DNA from: Octopus sinensis | Taxonomy: Eukaryota | DNA: 64,000 bases | Reading direction: 5' to 3' | Assembly: GCF_006345805.1 (NCBI RefSeq) | Contig: NC_042999.1 | Coordinates: 103,540,001 to 103,604,000, forward strand | In this document: one piece after another, positions 14,586 to 29,373 of the stretch | How the letters are laid out: every line of letters begins with the position of its first letter | Numbering within the stretch: position 1 is the first letter of the stretch | The notes under the pieces: model-generated | Database searches by the model: none | Told to the model about the DNA's origin: nothing | Seen by the model: only the letters and a program-made list of their open reading frames with translations | Position numbers and translations under genes: made by a program

Positions 14586-15124
14586 ATCAATTAATCAATA
14601 TTAGGGTAGCAAAAATTCATAGAAATTATTTTGCCACCAGCGGTCTAGTGAGAAAGAGGAAATAGTCAGAGACTATTAATAAATTCAACAACAATTGAGG
14701 AACGGCTATAATAGGCCGTTCGACCCACTAGAAATAGCAGCCAGGGCTCCAACCGCAAATAGTAGTAATTCCGGAATCAGAGGAAACATTAAAAAAACAT
14801 TGACCCTGTTCTTCTTTAGACAATGCATTATTTCAGCGTTTTTTAAAAGGTAACTGCCTCGTGTAATTTCTGTCCCTTCTGGCTCCTTTACTGATGAACG
14901 CGTTGGCCTTTGGAAGATTGACTTGATTAAGTTTAATTTAATTTAATCAGGCTGGTTTACCATTAAAAAACGCTGAAACAATGCATTGTCTAAAGAAGAA
15001 CAGGGTAAATGTTTTTTTAAATTTTTCCTCTGATTCCGGAATTACTACTATTTGCGGTTGGAGCCCTGGCTGCTATTTCTAGTGGGTCGAACGGCCTATT
15101 ATAGCCGTTCCTCAATTGTTGTTG
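14586..15124. mobile_element. Non-coding fold-back PLE pLTR-like element between (TA)n tracts
   Basis: Inverted arms 14686-14846 and 14963-15124; HHR on the + strand; both ends run into (TA)n. Confidence 0.75.
14883..14998 (+). ncRNA. Type I hammerhead ribozyme motif with long stem II
   Basis: CTTTA-CTGATGA (14891-14897), 77-nt stem II domain (A(c)GCGTT/AACGCT closing pairs, inner CTTGATTAA/TTAATCAGG hairpin), GAAA (14975-14978), palindrome ACAATGCATTGT, C14990 (GUC), then TAAAG. Confidence 0.8.
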
Positions 15125-15184
15125 TATATATATATATATATATATATATAAAATCAAAATAAGCAAGAAAAATCTCCAAAGGTA

Positions 15185-15274
15185 GTGTAGTACAATCGTT
15201 TCAAGCTACTTAATTTAATTAAACAATGTAAGTATTACATCAGTTTTAAAATGTAGAGCACTCTTCAGCCACAT
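15185..15274 (-). ncRNA. Type I hammerhead ribozyme motif, somewhat degenerate
   Basis: Minus: TGTGG-CTGAAGA, 59-nt stem II (GCT(ct)AC/GTAGC), GAAA-CGATTGT-A-CTACA. Stem III is near-palindromic (ACGATTGT); GUA triplet. Confidence 0.6.
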
Positions 15275-15364
15275 ATGGAATTTTTAAAATTAAATTGACA
15301 ATGTTCACTTATGTACTTATTCCATTTGCCAACATTACAAAGAGGGTAGATATACAGTCATTAT

Positions 15365-15725
15365 ACTGCGGCCATGCTGGGACACCGCCTTGAATAATTT
15401 CTTTTAGTTAAATGAATCGACCCCAGTCCATTTTTTTCAACCTGGTACTTATTCTTTCGATTGCTTTTGCCGAACCGCTAAGCTGTGGGGATGTAAACAC
15501 ACCAGCACCTGTTGTCAAGCGGTGATGGAGGACCAAAGACAGACACAAGGACATACATGTATATGTATACATACGACGGGCTTCTTTCAGTTTCCTTCTA
15601 CTAACTCAACTCCGAAGGCTTTGGTCAGCCTGAGGCTATGATAGAAGACTTGCCCACGGTGCCTCGTAGTGGGATTGAACCCAGAACCATGTGGTTGGGG
15701 AGTAAATTTCTTACCACACCGCCAA
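15365..15725 (-). mobile_element. Octopod-type SINE, reverse orientation
   Basis: Reverse complement matches the 26060 family head and tail. Confidence 0.8.
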
Positions 15726-18700
15726 GCATGCAATATTATCTTCAAGCCGGCCACTATTTCCAACAAATAATATGCTTACTTTTCCCAATGAGATTGGCAA
15801 AATTATATGCAAGAGATTTGATCTTGTATATCATGAGTTGGTAAAGAACAATATATATTCTAGTCGAACAATTAACAGCTCCTTATCTGTTGATATGAAA
15901 GTAGAACCGTAATTAACATAAAACTACATATTAGTTTAGCAAAGAAAAGTCAATACCACAATTATACTACATATGTATGTAGGTATGTAAGTATGTATGT
16001 ACGTATGCATGTAATTAGAGAATATCGGCTTTTCTTTAAAACACTAATTACAATTACTGTATACGATTAGTCTGTCGATTCTACATATGTGTGTATGTAT
16101 GAGTTTGTGTGTGTATGTGCGTGTGTGTGACAAGCAGAATGATATATTTTAAAAATAGCTTTCTTTTTATTAAACAAAATACTCAAGTTTGATTTTTCTC
16201 CAATTGCAATTTGTGTATAGAAAAGTTGTTATAGTTTTATTTGAGAGGTAAGCACTTGTGCCTATGTCCTTTACAGGCCTTTTAAGCATACTGACATCCC
16301 TCCTCCTTTTCCCCTCTTCTGCGTTGTCGTCGTCGTCCTCCTCCTCATCATCATCATCACAATCACCATCACCTCTCTCATTATAGTTGTCGTCGTCGTA
16401 ACTATAGTCGTCGTAGTCGTCGTCATTACCATCGTCATCATCGTAAGTACATTTTTTCATGCTTGTATAGGTTAAGCGAGTTCTCTACTAAAATCGACTT
16501 GCCACTAGTTACCTTCTTTTGTTATCTTTATTGTGAGGTCCGACATCCTTAGATGATCGTTCACTAAATTTATCCCTATATTTTACTGTCTCCTTCCACT
16601 GTGTTTTTTTTGTAATGGATTTTAACCATTTATTATCATCGTGACGCGTTACATGTGGGTACCAGCTCTTACACACTACAGCTAATTCATTTTATCCCAA
16701 TCGCTCAAATTCTTGTTCTCAACTCGTCGTTCGTGTACATTATCATTACACTCTCAGCAGAACATGCTTGCTTCATTTCTTTCTAACATTCATACACCTT
16801 CTACATTCAGCACACGCGTTTCACAATTATTCACTATCGCAGCTCGTCCTCTGGATCGATGTAGTTAATGTTCAATTGAAATAGCTGTAAATTGAAACCT
16901 GTTGAAAATGTGTATGAAAAGACAATTCCAAAAGATGGCAGCACCATGAACGAAGTGTTAAGAAACGACGGTTGCTGTAAGATCTGGTATGATTGATTTG
17001 TAACAGATGGTGAGAGGAGGCGATATGACGATACGGCAATACGTGTGTGTCAGATGGACTTAAGTGAAGGTGGTATGCAACTTATTCAGAGGAGTGGAAT
17101 CCCATGCTGTAATCATATAAAAAGCTGTATTATGCTGCTCTTAGATTATTTCTAAAATTGTTTCGCATCTGTATTAAGCTGTTTCAAATGTAGAACATCT
17201 GAAACATGAGGGCGGAGAGATAACTTGGAGAATGTCTGCCCACATTGAACTTAATAATTTTGTTGATATAATCGTCTTTATTGTGTTGTTCAGAGAATTT
17301 TGCTCTAAGATGGATTCCATCAGTATTAAGCTATTTCAAATGTAGCACATCTGCAACGTGAAATCAAGCATACAAAAATAAGCGTCGAGCAATTTTTTGT
17401 TTCTATTTCATCCTTTTAAATATTTCTTGGGTCAGTTGCCTTTCCATATCCGTATGGCGTCGATAAATCTAGGGCAAGTAAGATACTGAAGTGAATCAAT
17501 AAATTACAACATTTTGCGACAAGAATTGACCTTGTACTTAAGAAGAAAATCTACATTTTAAAGAAAGCATGAAGGCTGCTGAGCTAAGCAGTTTACTAGA
17601 TTAGTGAAGTGAATATGAGTGACTAAGCAATGATCTCGCCTTAAAAGCACGTCGGTTAAAAGCCAAAAGAAAATAATGTTCTGAAGAAAAACTCGGAACA
17701 AAATAAAATTATCAGCTTTAAAACACTTTGTAGTTCTTTTTCTACATTACGTTCCACATTTCTTCACCTTCTGACAGTGACGAGCAGTGGGGGTATTTTT
17801 ACTAAAATAATTCTACTTAATTCTCTTGATGTAATAAAGTCATTACTGCTAGTTCCGAATCATTGGTATTCCATATCGAATTAAGAAGCGCCAAGGTAGT
17901 AATCTTTTTAGTAATCAATTTTGCAGTTGGGTTTGCTTCATTTGATGCCACCATTTATTCTATAATAACCCGTGAATATCATATGATCACCCTCTTCCCC
18001 GATAAAATATGTGATGTTATGTCTAAATGAGAAATGTCTACTTTAGAAGCAATATCTACATGTTTTATGCACTTTCTAGTTTCTCGAACATTCTAGAACA
18101 TTCTATGATCACCTCCACGATGTAACTCGATCTGCTAGAGCAAACATCCAAATAATTCTTAAATCATACTCAAACATTTTACAAAAGGAAATGACACGTT
18201 CGATCACGCAGTCTCTGATATACTATGCATGAAAGAAACAAAACAGACAATATAATAGCAATAACATCTTCGATCATAGGTCTGCTTGAGCATGATCGAT
18301 CTAGGACTAACCAACAACATCCTGGACTTAAAATAATCTCATTTTCCTGTAGTTTATCAATTCCAAGACGTACTTCAGTAAGATAATATTGTTTTTATCC
18401 TTCTGTGCATGCATTTTTCAGTTATATAAATTAGGTTTATCACCATTTAAATGTTGATTCATTGTATTAGTAGAAGCAATAATTTATTTTCTCAACTTCA
18501 AAGTAAACGAGAATGCAGACAACCCCGTATTTTCCTTTTGTTCGCAGTAAATGTATATTGCGTGTATAGTAATCATTTTTCTACAAAAGAAGATGTGGTT
18601 CTTTCTGAAAAAAGATAATTAAAAATATATTGCTTTATGTGCATACGTGTAAGGCAAAAATCTCATTCGTTAAACAATCTTATTAAAGATAGACTCAAAA

Positions 18701-19121
18701 CAAATACTTTGAAGAGGAATGTGAATTATGAGAGTAACGTTCATATTGAGTTCAAAGTACTCATTTGTCAACTTGTACTCTTATTTCATACATTCATTTG
18801 TGAAATATAGCGTCGTTAGTTACAAATTTGCTAACTATCCAATCTCTGGTTCATTGCATTTCCGATAGGGAAAGGAATAAACAGCATCTGTAATCTAATG
18901 CAATAAATTTTGTAGAAAAATTTCTGAAGAGTTTCATATGAGTATATCCTTTGCCAATATTCATCGGCAAAAGATATATATAACAATTATATAATTCCAA
19001 AATATCAATATATATATATATATGCTAAGCACACTACAAATCTGTTTATACAGATGCATGCATACATGCAAACACGCATATATATACACGTGTGTATACA
19101 TATATGTATGTGTGTGTACAC

Positions 19122-19176
<55 letters not shown>

Positions 19177-21806
19177 ATATACATATACACATATGTGTAT
19201 ACATAGATATGTGTATGTAACAAGCATATATATATGTGTGTGTGTGTAGTGAGGACGCATGGACTAGTGGGAAGTGTGTTGCAGGCACGACCGTGTAGTC
19301 GAGGTTTCAATTCCTACACCTGGTGGTGCATTATGTTCTTGCGCAAAACACTTCATCTCGCGTTGCTTTTCGATCACTTGCACGCCTGACGCGTGGTACA
19401 CTGTGCACCTGTTCAGGCAACTTCGATTTGATGGAAGGAATACTCTAATGTACAAAACATACATTTGATCACTATAATCAAATCATTTGTGCAGGTCGTT
19501 CAACAAAAGCTGAACACTTATACATACATACATGCATACATACATACATACACATATACATGGTATCATATATATATATACATACATGGTATCATATATA
19601 TATATATATATATATATATAACCAGGCTTCCTTCTACTCATAAAGAGTTGGTCTTTTGATGGCCATAGTAAAAAAACACTTGTCCCAAGTGCCGCATAGC
19701 TGGACCGAACTCAGATCAAAACGGTCACGAAGTGAATATCTTAAAATCGTAATTATTAGTAGTTTGTTTGTTTTTTTCATCATGAAATCAATTTTCTTTA
19801 ATATAGCAAAACTATAACCTATTGATTCGTTTGGTTGCCCATTGGAAAATTCATCATCATGGTGTAAGCAGTTGGTTAGCATGTCTAGAGTATCAAGCAT
19901 TTATAGTGATACAGAAGTCCTGAAAAATATATTTGAAATAATTATGAGTGAAGAAATATTGATGAGGTATTGTCATATCGTTAAGCCTCACGTCAGCCCA
20001 GATCGTTCAAATATATAATGAAAGGTGTTCCAACAGAGGCCATTTCACAATTTTTTCGGCATGCTATGTATAGAACTACATTATACTTTAGGGCTTAGAG
20101 CTTAGTGATTAGTGTTGGGTTCACAATCACATTGTTGTGGGTTCATTTCCTGGACTGGACGGCGCGCTGTGTTCTTGAGCAAGACATCGTTTCGCGTAGC
20201 TTCAGACTACTTAAACTAAGTACCAGCTGACAACAGATGTAGACCTATCACTACTCCAGTTTTCACATCCTCGATGTCATGTCCCACTGAATCAAGGACC
20301 AAGAGGCTGGCGACTACGTAAATTCCTCAAAAAATTAGGTACCAAATATACGCCACCATGTCATACTCGACTGCAAGTGACGGTTAGGCAAACTTAAGCA
20401 TAGGAGGATTTAAGGGAGATTTACGTGCTGTTTTTAGCATGCTGTATGCCCACAATGCTACCTTCGTTACCCTGTCATTAGTTAGTTTAATTAGTAGATT
20501 GGCCAAGTTTTCTATATCTTCTCTGATGTTGCATGTCCCATTGTTCTTGGTTATACTACAATGTAGGAAGTCCCTAGCATAAAAGACAAAGATAAATGAG
20601 TGATGATACGGAAACAATTCAGAATCGCTCTTTCAAATTGCTGCTGACATTAACGGACTTGGCACACTGAGATAGAACACTTGCAAGCCTAAGCTTACCA
20701 TACACCATCAGCGTGTCTTCACTCTTTTAATAATTTCTAAAACTCTGGAAGTTGTAGTGTCTGTCTGATTTCAAATATATCTCTGGGGGTTTCTGTATCA
20801 CAATATATACCAGACTAATCCGTACATGCTTCCTATAAGATAATGAGATGTTACGTAAAGATGTCTTTCCGGAAGCAAACAGAAAAATTCCAATTGGTCG
20901 CTCAACCAACTAGAAATAACAACCAAGTGATCTTCAAATCATGATCTATCGTATTAAAAAGTGAAAAGGACACATTAGATAATGTAGTCCGAAATAGATC
21001 TCGAACAATGCTGACCTGGATACAAGCAAAACCTATAGCAATTCTATCGACTTCACCAGTTTATTTGTTTATATACAGTTATCTTTATTTTCAAGTTTAT
21101 TTGGTGTACATTTACGATGTATTTATTGGAAAACTACGCTATTGAAATATTTGCACTGAAAAAAAAATATAAGAGATTACTCAGGAAGTATTTTTGCAAA
21201 TCAACTCAGCATGCAATTTTTAAAAATCTTTCTTTATCATAAGCATCAACTAAACCCTCTCGATATTTTCTTCCAATACCAATGCACTTAGAAATGCTAT
21301 TTATGCATTCAACCACTCCGACACGCAAACATGTACGCACACACATATACATGTGCGTGCATGTATGTATGTATTATGCATGTATATGTGAGCATACAAT
21401 GTATGTATGTGTACATGTATGTTAGAGTGTATGTATGTATTCGACAGTAACATCATGTAGGTTTTAAGTATAAATATATATTGAGATAATAATTTTATTT
21501 TTCTAAAGAAGATTTTCCTGCAAATACATGTTTTCTATCTAACTGTCCATTTATCTGTCGATCGAGCGGTCTATCTATACACATATGTATATAATGGATT
21601 AATTTCACTATTTTCCACCATTTAATTTTCATACCGGATAACAAAGTCATTTTTCATAATAACATAATACATAGCCTCCCTAAGTCAGATACAGAGTACA
21701 CTTTTTGCAATATTTTATGCAATATCATTTTGTTCGCAATACCACGTTTTCTGTGCGGTATGAAATTACTAAAAGGTAGTCTTAGTAATGTGTGTGTGTG
21801 TGTGTG

Positions 21807-21849
<43 letters not shown>

Positions 21850-22009
21850 ATGCGTGTGTGTGTTGGGTGCGTACTATATTCCAACTGAATATTTATCTCA
21901 GGACTCGATTTTCGCGCCTGCAGATTGCAGTAGCACGAAACTTGTGTCGGGAAATAAATATTTAGTTTCAGTAAACCGTACATGAAATAACATATATTGA
22001 GCTCTTGTA

Positions 22010-22210
<201 letters not shown>

Positions 22211-24136
22211 ATATATTTTTCCTACTATAAGCAGAAGTCCTGAAATTTTGGGAGAGGGAGCTAGTGGATGACACCAAACCCGAAAGGATACAAGGCAAAG
22301 TCGACCTTGGTGGCATTTGAACTCAAAACAAAGCCGGAAGAATTGCCGCAGAGTATTTTATCCGGCTTGCTAACGATTCAATCAACTCGCCTTACACACA
22401 TAAACAGACACGCAGACACGCACACACCGCAAACACACGCGCGCGCGCACATACACATATATATATCTATATGTATGTATATGTGTGTGCGCGCGTGTGT
22501 ATGTGTGTGTGTGCGTATGTGCGTGTATGTATGAGTGTGTATGTGTGTATGCATATATCAATATGCTTGAATAGACAGATACAAATATAGATGTACACAA
22601 CATATATATATGCAAATACACATAGTTCGAGAACGTGTGATATGTGTGGTATATGTTTGTGAGCATATATACAACGGCAGCTATGTAGATACTTGCACCA
22701 CGCTCTGTAGCCATCTGAGTGGATAACTTTCGTACGAAGAAAAAGAAATAATTGTAACGGTTCATTTATCTCTGGCGCCGTAACACCGACTGAAAGCCTC
22801 TTATAGCTTACACATGAATGCATGTCTTTGTTAACATGACAACTAATAAGAAATTACCAAGTACACCAACACAGTATGAACAAAAATTAGCACAGATGAA
22901 ACCTAAATAGCAATTTAAAAAATAGATTTAGATATCTAATTAGTTAAGTGGGTGGTAACAGACTCTCTGTTTTGAAATTGTAAACACTGTCAACAACCTC
23001 TCAATAGACAGTGTATTTCTGTTTCAAAATTCAACTTCCAAAATCTTTTCGACTGTAGACATAAGGACAGGAATTTTGGGCGGAGGAAGTATAAGTCAAT
23101 ACTTTAGCATTTTTCTCATAAACTTCTCATTATTTGACTATGCTCTCGTTAAGAGAATAACAAATATAAATAGAGAAATTCCAGCTTATTCTCAATGGCT
23201 CGCACTCTCTTGGAAATTACTGACGCCCCAACCCCCACCCCTAGGGCGCGCGCCGTCCATGTTAAGAAACACTGCTCTAGTCAATAACAAAAATTCTAAA
23301 ATGATGGACCAAGCTAGTTTTAAAATCTCTATGCTAGATGCAAGTAGTAACTCTACTGAAAAGTAAAGTAATCGTTGTTACCACCTCAACGTATTTGTAT
23401 TTTTCGAAATGGGACGAACGACTGCCATGTCCAGCAGACAGGTATAACCAGTACCAAAAAAAGGCTAATACCCAGAAAACAGCTGGTCTATTGATTCCTG
23501 TCAACTCTGGATAGGAGTTGTCCTCTCCCTTGTTTGCAATATAATAGACAAAGATAACCAGCTCGAGATGTCCTCCTGGCTTTAAAAAGAGTAGTAACAT
23601 TGTTCAATGCAGAACAATCACTTTGCGGTGGTAACAACCATTACTTTTCAGTAGAGTTACTACTTACATCTGGTATAGAGATTTTAGAACTAGCTACTTT
23701 GTTTGTTGTAAGATCTGCGGCTGTGTGTCGCTCGTATGTCTATATATTGCGAACTGGGACCAATGATTGTTATGTTTAGCAGACAGATATAACTAGCTAT
23801 GAGGAAGGGTAATACTCAGAAACCAGCTGGTCTATTGCTGTCTGTCAACGTTGGATGGGAGTTGTTTGCTCCTTTGTTTGCAATATAACGGACACAAACA
23901 GTGTGTGGTTAACCAGCTGGAGGAGATGTCCTCCTGGGTCGAAAAAGAGTTTCGCCAAGAGAAAGGCAAAGGCTACAGTTTGACACCATTTCTACAGCTA
24001 AGTGAACTGTAGCAATGTGAAATAAAGTGTCTTGCTCAAGAACACAAGACACAGCCCGGTCTGCGAATTGGAATCATTATTAGCTCATAATTGTGAGCAG
24101 GGTGTTCTAACCATGCACCTATATCTATACATATAC

Positions 24137-24211
<75 letters not shown>

Positions 24212-25542
24212 GGCGGTGCCCCAGCATGGCCACAGCTCATTAGCTGAAACTGGAAAAATCAAAATCAAAATCATATATATATCAGCCGAAATTGCGAGGA
24301 TGATCCGGTTCTTGACTGAAGATTCAAGGCTTCGAATGTCCCGTCCGTCTTTTCTGTATCGTCTTCTAAATATTTTGCGTTCTTGTCCCAGTTTATATAT
24401 ATACAGAAGCTTCTACTCACGAATAAAAGTGATAACTAGATACCTACGTAGACGATTGAATATGTTTATGATTGAAATAATTATTAAAATCTACTCATTT
24501 GCACTATATTCATAATGTTCGTTAAATGTTCAGGAATATGAACAAAGTATGAAATGTGGAGTGGCTGTATTTAATTATCACGGAATTTTGTCACATTGAT
24601 ATTGGATCAGACTTATGTCAAAGTTGGTGAGGTAAAAGGTTTCATGTCATGTGACCAATGACATCACTCGTACTTTGTCACTAGTATTGAAAAGAAGCAT
24701 CAATTCATCTATTCATGATTAGTATTCCGTTACTCTTGATTATGTTGCGTGGGTTAGTTTATTGTACGATATCTTTTACTTCAATGTAACTTATATCGTT
24801 TTGAAGAATTGCTAAATGTAGTGGCTTACATTTTATGAAACATATATTTACTAATGTCTGAATGAATATTTGGGTGATGTGAGCTTGTTTTTGTTGTTGA
24901 TTTTCTGTAATTCAAAGGCTAAATGTTGTTTTCATATAGAATAAAACCGTAGTTACATGTATATATGCATATGCATGTATCGACATTTCTGTATCTATGC
25001 AAATACATAACCACTCACACAAGCGTGTGTGTGCGTGTGTGTGTGTACATATATATATGTATAAGTACACGTGTTCATCAGGGATTTTAGACGTTACTTT
25101 ACATTCAATTGCCCGCATATATTTGTGCGTTGTTTATGCTCACATAAACGAGTGCGTGTGTGTGTGTGGGTGTTTGTGTGTGTTTATGCGTGTGTATTTG
25201 TGTGTGCATGTGTGTGTGTGTCTATTTTTACAGGCAGTTCTTTAGTTCATTAAAGCAACTAAATCTCCTTTAAGTTAACGCACACATCGTAGAAGTTGAA
25301 GATTCTTATAAATAGTTCTGATTTATATTAACATAGATTTAAACACAGCTTTCTAAACACGTTCTGAATCACGCGAATATATTACGTCTTTGTATGCAAA
25401 ATCACGTCGCTTTACTATAGGGCAGGCAAAGCAGTGTTGACTTAATATTTTCAGGAGATTATTTAGGTGATAATGGCTCCCAAATAAACACTAACACAAC
25501 CGTACATACAGTCCTGTATAAACCTATATATCTATCTACTTC

Positions 25543-25625
<83 letters not shown>

Positions 25626-25928
25626 CTCAGTGGCTAGAGCGTTGGGCTCACAATCACAAGGTGGTGTGTATGATTTCCAGACCGTGGTGTGTCTTATGTT
25701 CTTGAGCAAGACACTTTATTGCACATTGCTACAGTTCACTCAGCTGTAGAAATGAGTTACGACGTCACTGGTGTCAAGCTGTATTAGTCTTTGTCTTACC
25801 CTTGCATAACATCGATGGCGTGTAGAGAGGAGGCTGATATGCATGAGCAACTTTGCCCAGACTAATGCCTCAGAAGGGAACTTTCGAGGTACAATCCCAT
25901 GGATATTGATGACCGAAGAGGACTTTTA

Positions 25929-26034
<106 letters not shown>

Positions 26035-26059
26035 ATATATTATATATATAATATATATA

Positions 26060-26445
26060 TAGGCGCAGGAGTGGCTGTTTGGTAAGTAGCTTGCTAACCA
26101 ACCACATGGTTCCGGGTTCAGTCCCACTGCGTGCATCTTGGGCACGTGTCTTCTGCTATAGCCCCCGGGCTGACCAATGCCTTGTGAGTGGATTTGGCAG
26201 ACGGAAACTGAAAGAAGCCTGTCGTATATGTATTATATATATAAGTGTGTGTGAAATATGTTTGTGTGTCTGTGTTTGTTCCCCTAGCATTGCTTGACAA
26301 CCGATGCTGGTGTGTTTACGTCCCCGTAACTTAGCGGTTCGGCTAAAGTGACCGATAGAATAAGTAATCCCGGGGTCGATTTGCTCGACTAAAGGCGGTG
26401 CTCCAGCATGGCCGCAGTCAAATGACTGAAACAAGTAAAAAGAGA
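26060..26445 (+). mobile_element. Full-length octopod-type tRNA-derived SINE
   Basis: GGCGCAGGAGTGGCTGT.TGGTAAG head, GGTTCAGTCCC B-box-like, internal TA/TG tract, tail GGGGTCGATTTGCTCGACTAAAGGCGGTGCTCCAGCATGGCCGCAGTCAAATGACTGAAAC. Same family at 54790-55205, 54138-54290, 15365-15725 (-), 13085-13460 (-) and 3620-3690. Confidence 0.85.
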
Positions 26446-26458
26446 AAGAAAAAAAAGA

Positions 26459-26491
<33 letters not shown>

Positions 26492-26523
26492 ATATATATA
26501 CATATGTATATAATATATATATG

Positions 26524-26565
<42 letters not shown>

Positions 26566-26579
26566 GTATATATATAATG

Positions 26580-26661
<82 letters not shown>

Positions 26662-26779
26662 TATGTATTACGAGACCAATAGCCTGATGTAGAGCTCAAT
26701 ATACGACGTTTACGTTTAAGACAGTAAGTAAGCTAATGAATTTCATAAGATAAATTTATTCCTTTGTCGTCTCCTTTCG

Positions 26780-26843
<64 letters not shown>

Positions 26844-28074
26844 TGAGGTTGTGTGTGTGCGTATGTGTTCTCATGCATTCCAAAACCGAGTTAGTTACCG
26901 TTTTTGACGTATGGGATATCAAAAGATTCAGTAAGCTTTTGGCTACCAACTAAACTATATTTTCATTCACATATTTGCATTGCAAAAATTTAAGATTAGC
27001 ATTTTTATTTTAGTCACCTATTGTAAATGACATATTTTACCATCACCACAACGACGATGACGTCACATTTTCTATATGTGTTTGCGCGTTCGTTACGTAC
27101 GCTGGGTCGATGACTGATAAGTATATGTGTGAGACGGTGTATGTGTCTGACCGTATACAGACATTTTTGTGACGACAGACACACACAGGGACAGAGATAG
27201 GCTTTAGGTGTGCGTTAATCTACGTGTGTGTGTGTGTGTCTCTCTCTCTTTTTCTCTTAGTTTATGTATGTAACTCCCCCCCCCCCCCAACAGTGAAACG
27301 TGCCGATATTGAAAGTTTACTTGCGATCTAGACTTGAAACAAACATAACGTTCACTTTCAAGTACTACCAACATGAAGATTTGGTTAATTTAAAATCACT
27401 CACAATACTCGCAAATATATCTGAAAAAATATATTATTCTGGTTATTATAACAAATTCGGAAACGAAGTAGAAAGCCTCAGCGGTTTTTTCAATATAATT
27501 ACAGAAATGTTATTCCACTTCTTCTAACTAGTTTCAAGATAATGTTTTTTCAACAGTCCTGTGAGTATCAACGACGCACAAACATTTTACTGCATTTCTC
27601 AGTATTTATTCTACAGTCTATAATGTTACACAGTTCAAAAACATCTTCCTTTATATACACTTGATTCAGCGTTCATTTCAAAATTGTAAAATAAATTATT
27701 TGTGTATGAAAAATTGAATTATGCCTTCTGAATTTTCTTGAACTTTCACTTTCTTCACCGTGAATTTTAATAACATTTAGTACATGTTCCAAATAAATGT
27801 TGACTTTCTGTACTTTCTTACATTGGTGACGCTAAATTGGTGACTTTCCTTTTTTTATAGCATACCTATGCTACAGAAAGTATGTTGTGCACCCATATTG
27901 TCTACATTTCATCTCGCTTGAACTTCGTGTGTGTACGTTTTGCTGTTTTCAATATTATCAATTCTATGAGTGTGTGTGTTTCTGCGTTCGTTACGTCTAT
28001 AGTAAACTATAGTAAAGATCATTTTACGTTGTTTTAATGAGCCCACATCTAATGAACTGCTGGTAAAAATCACC

Positions 28075-28405
28075 CGCGAACGAAAAGCAGTTAAGGGAAG
28101 AATGTGGATGTGCTAGGTTGGAGGTTGGGTCGGAGGTCAAGGTTGTGTTGGAGTGCACGAAGCTCTTCGTGGTGAGGGATCACCGTGTATAGGCTCCTGA
28201 TGTCAAAAGTGAAGAGAAGTTTAGAGGGGCCAGGAGGGAAGGAGAAAGAGTTGAACAGACGAATAGCATGGTTAGTGTCATGGATGTGAGAGGGGAGGGA
28301 AGCTACTAGGGGGCGAGGACATGGTCAAGATATCTGGAGATGAGTTTGGTGGGCAGTTGCAGGCAGAGACGATGGGGCGAGCATTTTTAATGTCAAGAGA
28401 GAGTC
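28075..28405 (-). mobile_element. PLE reverse transcriptase fragment (different family from the 59-61 kb element)
   Basis: KLISRYLDHVLAP.VASLPSHIHDTNHAIRLFNSFSFPPGPSKLLFTFDIRSLYTVIPH. Confidence 0.8.
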
Positions 28406-28744
28406 CTTTTGCCAATATTATTAACACACGCGCTGGTGCAATTCCACTCCTTTCTCATTGGTCAATTGATTAAATATCCAGTTAATAGATTGTTTAACTT
28501 GATTAAACAGTAAGTTCATTTGTTTTGATTTTGTATATTTAGATGCATATTATATATATATATACATATGTGCGTGTGTATACACATATATTTGCATATA
28601 TGTGTGTATGTATATTTCTGTGTTTGTGCATCTGCGTGGTGGTGAAAGTCGTAATCAAGTCGTATGCTGTATGCTGTGCAACTCTGGCCAATTATAAACA
28701 CAACCGATTTGTTCCAGATACAGGAAGTATGTGTGTGTGTGTGT

Positions 28745-28793
<49 letters not shown>

Positions 28794-29303
28794 AAAGTGG
28801 TGAAAAGAGAAAGGGACATTATCAACCTCAGTTCAAGACGTGTGTTTTCTTCGTCGACTCCGAAAGCATGAAAAACGATGTTGATCTAAGCAGAATTTAA
28901 GAGGGTCGGAATGAATACCACAAAGCATTTTATCTGACTCTAATGAACTTGCCAACTTGCCACATTATTCCATTTGCATATTTGTTGTTCATGAGTGTGT
29001 GTGTATGTGTGTATGTATGTATGTGTATCTGTCTGTTTCTACACTTACACATACACACGTACATATCAAGTCTGTGTATTAGTATATACGCGTATATATA
29101 TATATATATATATACGTACTTTGTCTCATTGATCACTAATGTTCCAAAAACTACATAGTTTTCCTTTGTTGTTTCAGAAACTACATTCGTCAAAGATAAA
29201 AGCAAGAAACCGTCATGACCCTTTACGCAATGCTGATACTCATCTTATTTTCTGCAGCCGCTGCGAAGGAAGGTATGGATTATTATTTTTATCATCATCA
29301 TCA

Positions 29304-29371
<68 letters not shown>

Positions 29372-29373
<2 letters not shown>

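Noticed and set aside
21895-21950. CTGCAGA-ttgcagtagcac-GAAACTTGT
   Set aside because: Core substitution, non-palindromic stem III and G at the cleavage position; at most a relic.
24316-24345. CTGAAGA-ttcaaggcttc-GAAT
   Set aside because: GAAT instead of GAAA, no stem III palindrome, no stem I.
27058-27565. CRE palindrome TGACGTCA and a nearby phase-1 donor as promoter/first exon
   Set aside because: An 8-mer is expected by chance (another occurs at 1440), and the ORF MFFQQS gives no signal peptide.
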